From the IMG/VR virus record IMGVR_UViG_3300020037_009485: 20,000 nt of DNA; one strand, 5' to 3'. Made by a program: the position numbers and the translations under genes. Below the pieces are notes generated by a model, which had not been told where the DNA came from, did no database searches, and worked only from the letters and a program-made list of their open reading frames with translations. Source of the stretch: an uncultured virus (IMG/VR IMGVR_UViG_3300020037_009485) (lineage: Duplodnaviria > Heunggongvirae > Uroviricota > Caudoviricetes). Shown piece after piece: positions 7,282 through 13,381 of the stretch; the first letter of the stretch is position 1, and every line of letters starts with the position of its first letter.

Positions 7282-9516
7282 TTAAAAACCTCTTTTTAAC
7301 AAATCGTCATCCATAAATCTATTGAAAATTTCTTGAGAACGTTTAGCTCTTATTTCTTTTTCTGTTTTTGACAAATCATCAGTTTTATAAGCTTCTTTTC
7401 TTCTTTCCAAAAGTTTTGTTACTTCTTTTTCTTTTTGTTTAATTTCTTCTCTTTCTTTACTTACTGCTTCTTTTAAAACTGCTTTCAAAGGAACATATAC
7501 TGAATCTAAAGCTTCTTGTAAGAAATTAAAGTTTTTACCTTCCCATGACCATGGTTTAATTACTGCATCATCATCATATACTACTGTCGCTGTAATACCT
7601 TTTTTCTCTACAATAATTTTTAATAAACTTTCATGTTGTGATTCTTTTAATAAACCTGTTACACTTTTCACTTTCCAACCTTTGCTCTCTGCAATATTTG
7701 TGATAGTTTGTTTATCATCTTCATTTACTTCAAAATTTTCTTCAACTTCAATATCTTGAGGTCTATTATCACTACCGATAACTTCATTTGAAATTACATA
7801 TTCATCACTGATTGAATCGTAAACTAAAGATTTATCTTCTAAAGAAGCTTCATATTGTGCATCATTCCATTCTTTAGAAGACATAGCATCATAACGTTTA
7901 TATTCTTCTGAATCTGCGTTATATCTTACTTCATCTGTTTCTTCATCTTCTGTCATGCCAACTTCTAAAGTTTCTTCCAATTCATCATCAAAAGATTTTC
8001 CTTTACAAGCTTCAATATCTTCTTTTGTTATATCTGTAAAGTCTACTAAACTTAAAATCGTTTCATCTTTACCTTTATATTCAATTCCTTTTAATTCAGC
8101 TAACTCTTCAATTTGCTCATCGTTTAATTCTTTTAAACGATCCATAATTTCTGATTCACCTTCACCAAAGAAATCATAATTTGGTTTAAATCTATTAACT
8201 GATTCTGCTTCACCTGTTTCTGCATAAGAATCATTATCTTCTGTTAAACCTACTTCAACAGCTTTATACATATCATCAATCGTTTCATCATCTAATTTAC
8301 CTAATTCTTCTTTTGTATAATCAGAACTATTAGATAAAATAAATTTAATCTTATCTTCTTTTGTTGATAAGTGATCTTCTTTTAAAGAAGGTGTAAAAAT
8401 TTCTTCTTCTTCAGTTTCTTCTAATGCATTAAATGTTTCATTCAACCATGTTTCCATTTCTTCTTGCATAAACTGCCCGTAAGCAGCTTCAAATTGCTCA
8501 AAATCTTTTGGTGACACTTTTAATAAACCATCTTCACCTACAGTTAAAGAAAATAAATCTTTAGGAATGTCAAAATGTTTAGCTGCTGCACTTTCATATT
8601 CACTCATATCATCATCTGTTGATAGTTCATATAAGTTTAAAGCTTCATCTACTAAATCTTCTTCATTCATATTTCCTAATTCTCTAGAAATAAGTGTTCT
8701 TCTATTTTTTAAATAATCATCAGTGTTATCTACAACATTATCATTGTTTATATCTGAATCTTCTTGACCTACTTTATCTAAAGACTCTGATAAACCATCA
8801 CCTTGTGCAATGATTGCACCGATAATTCCTTGATCCATATAACCAGTTTGGTCAAATAATGCATATACTGTTGCTTTTTCATTTTCACTCAAACCATTTA
8901 TACTTTCTTCAGCTCCAGAGTTCCACTCGTCAACAGCTGCTTCAATAGCACTTTCTATTTGACCTCTATTTGTAACAACACCTTCACCATCTTTATATTG
9001 ATCCCAATATTCTGCATCAACATCTTCTTCACCTATTCTATCTAAAGACTCTGATAAAGTTTTTTTACTTAAATTAGGTTTTACAATTTTATCAGACTCT
9101 GATAAGAAAGAAATTTCATGTTGATTTCTACTTACAACAGTACCATTTTCTAATTGTACTTTATAATGACTGTCACCGAAAACAGCTTCTACAATTGTAC
9201 CAGGGATATATTTTGATCCACCTGCTAATACTTTTACTTTATCACCTCTTTCATATAAAGAAGATTTAATTTCAGAACTTGCTTCTACAGATTCTAAACC
9301 GAATGATGTTACGTTAAATTTCTTACGTAAATCTTTCAACTTAGCATCATTTGCAACTGAAGCTTTAAACAAAGCAGATGGGTTTCCAGAAGTATGAGGG
9401 AAATAATCTTCTCTCTCTTTGAAACCTTTTTTCTTTACTGCGTCTAAAAATTCAACCCATTTAGCACGGTCTGAATCTAATTGTATTAAACTGATTAAAC
9501 GATTGTCGTTACTCAT
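7282..9516 (-). CDS. Large, very acidic mosaic protein with an SH3/KOW-like module, an EF-hand-like motif and L-x-E linkers; putative head/scaffold-associated protein
   Basis: 744 aa. LSES occurs three times, plus MNEE, LNET, LEET, LKED, LTED, VNED, LKES, LQEA and LKEA. Contains a GDKVKV...YKVQLENG beta-barrel-like segment, a DINNDNVVDNTD Dx[DN]xD-type motif and a C-terminal coiled coil. Confidence 0.55.
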   Translation of the reverse strand: MSNDNRLISLIQLDSDRAKWVEFLDAVKKKGFKEREDYFPHTSGNPSALFKASVANDAKLKDLRKKFNVTSFGLESVEASSEIKSSLYERGDKVKVLAGGSKYIPGTIVEAVFGDSHYKVQLENGTVVSRNQHEISFLSESDKIVKPNLSKKTLSESLDRIGEEDVDAEYWDQYKDGEGVVTNRGQIESAIEAAVDEWNSGAEESINGLSENEKATVYALFDQTGYMDQGIIGAIIAQGDGLSESLDKVGQEDSDINNDNVVDNTDDYLKNRRTLISRELGNMNEEDLVDEALNLYELSTDDDMSEYESAAAKHFDIPKDLFSLTVGEDGLLKVSPKDFEQFEAAYGQFMQEEMETWLNETFNALEETEEEEIFTPSLKEDHLSTKEDKIKFILSNSSDYTKEELGKLDDETIDDMYKAVEVGLTEDNDSYAETGEAESVNRFKPNYDFFGEGESEIMDRLKELNDEQIEELAELKGIEYKGKDETILSLVDFTDITKEDIEACKGKSFDDELEETLEVGMTEDEETDEVRYNADSEEYKRYDAMSSKEWNDAQYEASLEDKSLVYDSISDEYVISNEVIGSDNRPQDIEVEENFEVNEDDKQTITNIAESKGWKVKSVTGLLKESQHESLLKIIVEKKGITATVVYDDDAVIKPWSWEGKNFNFLQEALDSVYVPLKAVLKEAVSKEREEIKQKEKEVTKLLERRKEAYKTDDLSKTEKEIRAKRSQEIFNRFMDDDLLKRGF
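8758..9058. repeat. 37-bp direct repeat (34/37 identical, 20-bp perfect core) spaced 264 nt apart
   Basis: 8758-8794 ATCTTCTTGACCTACTTTATCTAAAGACTCTGATAAA versus 9022-9058 ATCTTCTTCACCTATTCTATCTAAAGACTCTGATAAA. They encode LSESLDKVGQED and LSESLDRIGEED. Confidence 0.9.
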
Positions 9517-9540
9517 TTTTTTGTAGGTATATTAATTTGT

Positions 9541-9777
9541 TTATTGAATTAAAAATGCTGCACGGGTATATTGTCTCCAGAAGTATCTTTTTAAAATATC
9601 TCTTACTAAAGTTTTAACTCTTTCCTCATCTTGAGGTGTTAAAGCTTCAGTTAAAATTATATAAGAGTCTTCTTTAATAAAATGTTCGTTAATTAGTAAA
9701 CCACCTTTAGTTTGTTTACCTTCAACGATTTCACCTAGTTTAAAATAATAAGAATCTTTAATTATTAATGACTTCAT
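9541..9777 (-). CDS. Small hypothetical, probably virion-associated protein (start revised to the ATG at 9777)
   Basis: The ORF track starts at a TTG (9792); the in-frame ATG at 9777 (MKSLIIK) fits the upstream ATATTTAAGG motif better. Contains ILTEAL followed by an amphipathic helix. Confidence 0.65.
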   Translation of the reverse strand: MKSLIIKDSYYFKLGEIVEGKQTKGGLLINEHFIKEDSYIILTEALTPQDEERVKTLVRDILKRYFWRQYTRAAFLIQ

Positions 9778-9795
9778 TAAGAAATAGCTCAATAA

Positions 9796-9805
9796 CCTTA
9801 AATAT
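9796..9805 (-). promoter_or_regulatory. Putative late-promoter motif ATATTTAAGG
   Basis: An identical 10-mer lies at 13364-13373. Both copies are intergenic, 15-18 nt upstream of putative virion genes. Confidence 0.45.
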
Positions 9806-9831
9806 GTGATTATTATTAAATTATTAAATTT

Positions 9832-10581
9832 TTATCTAAATCTTGTACCTAAATAAAAACCACCTGTAAATGCAATACTTGGGTAAACCCAAACTCCGTA
9901 TTTCATATTGAACTTTTGAAATTTAGTCAATTCAATTTGTGGAATCATATATGACTTACCGTTTTTTATTACTACACGGTCATCACTTGGTTTATATTCA
10001 ATAACATAATTACCTTTTTTATCTTTCTTATGAGTAACTTGTAAATCTAAATTAAAAGAAGCTTCTAATGTATGTTCAACTTTATCTTTATTGAAATTAA
10101 TTTTACTTGTATAAGTAAATGTTGTATCTTTAGGGGGGTTGTTGAATACTAAAGAATCTCCTTTATAAAAACATACAGTAGAATCTGTTTCTGATGCAAC
10201 TGCTGGTAATCCTTTATATGTCAATGAATCAATAAAAGTTCTTTGATATTCTATTGTTGCTTGAGCTGCTGCTAATAAACCTTTAGTTTTTTGTAATTCT
10301 GCAAACCATTTTTGTTTATCTTTATCTAAAGATTTAAACGTTTCTGAATTAACGAAAGCATCTAAAGCAATTGATACTGTTTTTTGTTGCCATACTGAAT
10401 CACCTTCTTTATTTACTGTTTTCTTTAAAGTATCATTTAAAGCTGCAATTGACTTGTCAAATTGTGAAGCTAATTCTTCAGAATCTTTCTTACCATTACA
10501 TGTAGCGACATTTGTTATCAAAAGTATAAATACTATTCCTAATAGTATTACTGTTGCATATTTCTTAATTTGTTGTATCAT
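9832..10581 (-). CDS. Membrane-anchored protein, spanin-like (possible unimolecular spanin)
   Basis: N-terminal KK plus a hydrophobic segment ending VAT-C-NGKKD (lipobox-like), then coiled-coil and beta-rich regions, and a C-terminal hydrophobic segment YGVWVYPSIAFTGGFYLG followed by TRFR. Confidence 0.5.
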   Translation of the reverse strand: MIQQIKKYATVILLGIVFILLITNVATCNGKKDSEELASQFDKSIAALNDTLKKTVNKEGDSVWQQKTVSIALDAFVNSETFKSLDKDKQKWFAELQKTKGLLAAAQATIEYQRTFIDSLTYKGLPAVASETDSTVCFYKGDSLVFNNPPKDTTFTYTSKINFNKDKVEHTLEASFNLDLQVTHKKDKKGNYVIEYKPSDDRVVIKNGKSYMIPQIELTKFQKFNMKYGVWVYPSIAFTGGFYLGTRFR

Positions 10582-11603
10582 TAAAATCTAAAATTAGATG
10601 TATCTATAAATCTACCTGTTTTTGGTTTAGGTGCAATGTTTCTTTTAATTGCATTGAAAGCTCTCGTTCCTGTATCTCCGTTTAAATCGACTCTTGTTTT
10701 ATAAGGTTTCCCTTTATAAGTATAATGCATTCTTATTACCTGATCACTATCTTGCTTTACATCAAAATTATCTAAACCAGGAAATAACCCTTTTAATCTT
10801 TCATATTGATACTTTAAACTTTGTTGTACTAAAGGATGTAGATGAGATTCAGGATAATGTTTCATATTATCGTATTTTGAATCTGTTTCTTGTAAGTTAG
10901 ACTCTTGTAAAGGTGTTTCAATTTTTAATTGTAATGCAACATGTCCTTTTTCGCCATAATCAACATAAGTTTTTACACTAATACCAGCGTAAAACTTTAA
11001 AACTTTTTCAAGTTGATCTAAACGAGGTCTCCATTTATCATAATAAGGCTTTGCCACTTGTCTTATTTGTTCATTAGACATCCAACCATCTCCATCTGGT
11101 GGTCCACCATGATCTGTTCTAGGGCCTCTATCATCAGTGTTAAAATCTAAATAGTAACTATCTTTTCCCCCTTCAAATTTGTTACCTTCTCTATTTCTAT
11201 AAGGCCATTTTTGATTAATCAATTCAAACACTTGTTCAAAAGTAAGTCCTTTCTTTTGTTTCTTTGTTTTAACTTCTGGGCTAGGACTAGGGCTTGAATC
11301 AGTAGAAGTTATTGAATAAGTAAACTCTCTACCTTTTTTCTCTCTAGAGAGAACACCATTATTTACAAGTTTTCTTAGATTAACTAAAGCAGAACCTTGT
11401 GCTGCTGAAAAATTGTAACCTGCTTTTGTCTTTTGACTATCTGAAAGAGGAATACCTAAACCGTTTAAGATTTCTTTACTTGTTTGTCCGGGGTTTTTAG
11501 CTACATAATCTAAAACAATAGGTGCCCATCGAACATTAGCTTCTAAAATAACCTTCTTTCCAGTTAACTTTTCTAACTTTTCAATTAAAAATTGTATGTT
11601 CAT
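10581..11603 (-). CDS. Modular protein: short leader ending ILE-A, a winged-HTH domain and two further modules separated by LQES/LQET
   Basis: IVLDYVAKNPGQTSKEILNGLG...LRKLVNNGVLSREKKGREFTYSI fits a wHTH pattern. A SPSPSP linker and a PLQESNLQET junction follow. Confidence 0.65.
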   Translation of the reverse strand: MNIQFLIEKLEKLTGKKVILEANVRWAPIVLDYVAKNPGQTSKEILNGLGIPLSDSQKTKAGYNFSAAQGSALVNLRKLVNNGVLSREKKGREFTYSITSTDSSPSPSPEVKTKKQKKGLTFEQVFELINQKWPYRNREGNKFEGGKDSYYLDFNTDDRGPRTDHGGPPDGDGWMSNEQIRQVAKPYYDKWRPRLDQLEKVLKFYAGISVKTYVDYGEKGHVALQLKIETPLQESNLQETDSKYDNMKHYPESHLHPLVQQSLKYQYERLKGLFPGLDNFDVKQDSDQVIRMHYTYKGKPYKTRVDLNGDTGTRAFNAIKRNIAPKPKTGRFIDTSNFRF

Positions 11604-13348
11604 TAATCGTTGAATATTGTTAATTTAATAATTGTACCATCTTCTAACGTTGTATCATAATTCCAATTACCTACTTCGTTTTTATCACTATCCATAGATT
11701 CCCAATTCTTATAAGTAAACGTGTATGATTTACCTGTTTTTTTATTACTTAGAACTATTTCTTTCTCTTTAGGGATTTTAACTAAAGAATTCCAATCTCT
11801 AGGTGATAAGTTTAAATCAGAAGAAAATGCTACGAATATTTTTTCTTCTGGATTATAATGTACTGGTTGATTTTTACCAATTGTATATTCTATTGCTTCT
11901 TCTAAAACAGATTCACTAACTGAATGTTTCTCTAAATCTCTAAATCTTTTATAAAATATCAAAGCTAAATCATGATAGTTTTCATCTTCAGCTGCTTTAT
12001 ATCTTCTCCAAGCTTTAGAAACATCTGTAATTTTATTAGCCATTGTTTGGGCTAATTGTCTAGCTCCTACCCCTGGTCTATAACGACCTTTCATATCAAG
12101 TATTTTCCCTTTACGTATAAGATCAGTTATACGCATATAATCTTTAGATTGTGGTTCTAAAACGTTAGCTTCTTCTAATTGTTCTTCATCTTCATCATCA
12201 GATTTTAAAAATTCAAAATCTTGATTAGATTCAACTTCTTTAACATAGTCAACAACGTTTTTATAATTCTCTCTAACAGCGTTCCATTCTTCTTTAACCT
12301 TACTTAAGTCTAAATCATTATTTTCTGCAAAATCACTTAATACTCGTAATTCTTTAGATGTAATAGCTTCTTCTAAATTCTCTTGAGATTCAGATTCTTT
12401 TAAATGTCCAAATTCATATGATACAACTGTCGTATCTGAATCATACCAATCTGATACTTGATATTTTCCTGGACTTACTTCATTTACATGTTGAACAACT
12501 CCTTCTTTTGAAGAAATTTCTTGAGCTTCTTTTTTAGCATCTTCTAAAGCTGATTCATTTAACTTTGACTCTAAACTACTTTTTTCTTCTGAATTTAAAA
12601 ATAACTCTCTATCTTTTGATGTAAATTTCTTAAAATCGTTTGGATCTAATGTAGTTAATAAAGTATCAATGATATATTTCATTTGAGGGGATTGTTTTTG
12701 GTAATGCTTCTTAAACCCTTGTACTACTTTATCTACAGTTTGTCTAGTTACAACACCATCGAAAGGTAATCTTAATTCACCAATAGCTTTTAATACAATA
12801 ACCCTATCTTTTTCTGGTAAAGCTAAAAAACGAGGATCGATTCTTGATTCTGTTGTGTTGTCTTCTGATAAAGCTTTCTTATCTGCTTCTGTAGGTGAAG
12901 TTAAAGATCTTTCTAAATCTTCTTCTTTATTATTTACAATAGCATAACTTTCTTTTTTCAACGTACCATCTTTCTTTACAGATTTAGATGTTTCTTTAGT
13001 TAAATCAAGTTTTTTTGTAGTTTGGTCTATTGTTGGTTGTAAACGCATTGTAATTTGACTTACTAATGCATCATCAAATTTAAAATCTTTATTAGATTCT
13101 TTTTTTAATGTTTTTTCTAACTCTTTAATATAAGAATCAACAGTTAACTTACCTTCTATCATCTTAACCCCTTTATCAATTAACATTTTTTCATTTTCTT
13201 CAGAGAAAATATTAAACAATACAAGTTCATAGATGCTACGTTTGATAACACCTAAAGATAAATTTAATAAAACATAACTTGTATCTTCTAAGGAAGGGGA
13301 AGCGTAATTTGGAACGTGAGCTTCTTTTATAATTTTTTTGATATTCAT
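11603..13348 (-). CDS. Large mosaic protein with an N-terminal IIKE-A leader and repeated LEEA/LxES linkers; putative processed virion-internal protein
   Basis: 581 aa. IIKEA, LSED, LNES, LKES and three LEEA linkers delimit 50-100 aa modules. Confidence 0.55.
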   Translation of the reverse strand: MNIKKIIKEAHVPNYASPSLEDTSYVLLNLSLGVIKRSIYELVLFNIFSEENEKMLIDKGVKMIEGKLTVDSYIKELEKTLKKESNKDFKFDDALVSQITMRLQPTIDQTTKKLDLTKETSKSVKKDGTLKKESYAIVNNKEEDLERSLTSPTEADKKALSEDNTTESRIDPRFLALPEKDRVIVLKAIGELRLPFDGVVTRQTVDKVVQGFKKHYQKQSPQMKYIIDTLLTTLDPNDFKKFTSKDRELFLNSEEKSSLESKLNESALEDAKKEAQEISSKEGVVQHVNEVSPGKYQVSDWYDSDTTVVSYEFGHLKESESQENLEEAITSKELRVLSDFAENNDLDLSKVKEEWNAVRENYKNVVDYVKEVESNQDFEFLKSDDEDEEQLEEANVLEPQSKDYMRITDLIRKGKILDMKGRYRPGVGARQLAQTMANKITDVSKAWRRYKAAEDENYHDLALIFYKRFRDLEKHSVSESVLEEAIEYTIGKNQPVHYNPEEKIFVAFSSDLNLSPRDWNSLVKIPKEKEIVLSNKKTGKSYTFTYKNWESMDSDKNEVGNWNYDTTLEDGTIIKLTIFND

Positions 13349-13363
13349 TTAGAAAGTCTTTTT

Positions 13364-13373
13364 CCTTAAATAT
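13364..13373 (-). promoter_or_regulatory. Putative late-promoter motif ATATTTAAGG
   Basis: Identical to 9796-9805. Lies in the 33-nt gap between the Rad50 fusion gene and the first mosaic gene. Confidence 0.45.
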
Positions 13374-13381
13374 CAAAAAAA

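Noticed and set aside
8758..12376. Direct repeats as a CRISPR array, DGR template/variable pair or IS target duplication
   Set aside because: The repeats are few, in frame and inside coding sequence, with irregular spacing of hundreds of nt. No reverse transcriptase, transposase or cas gene is present in the window.
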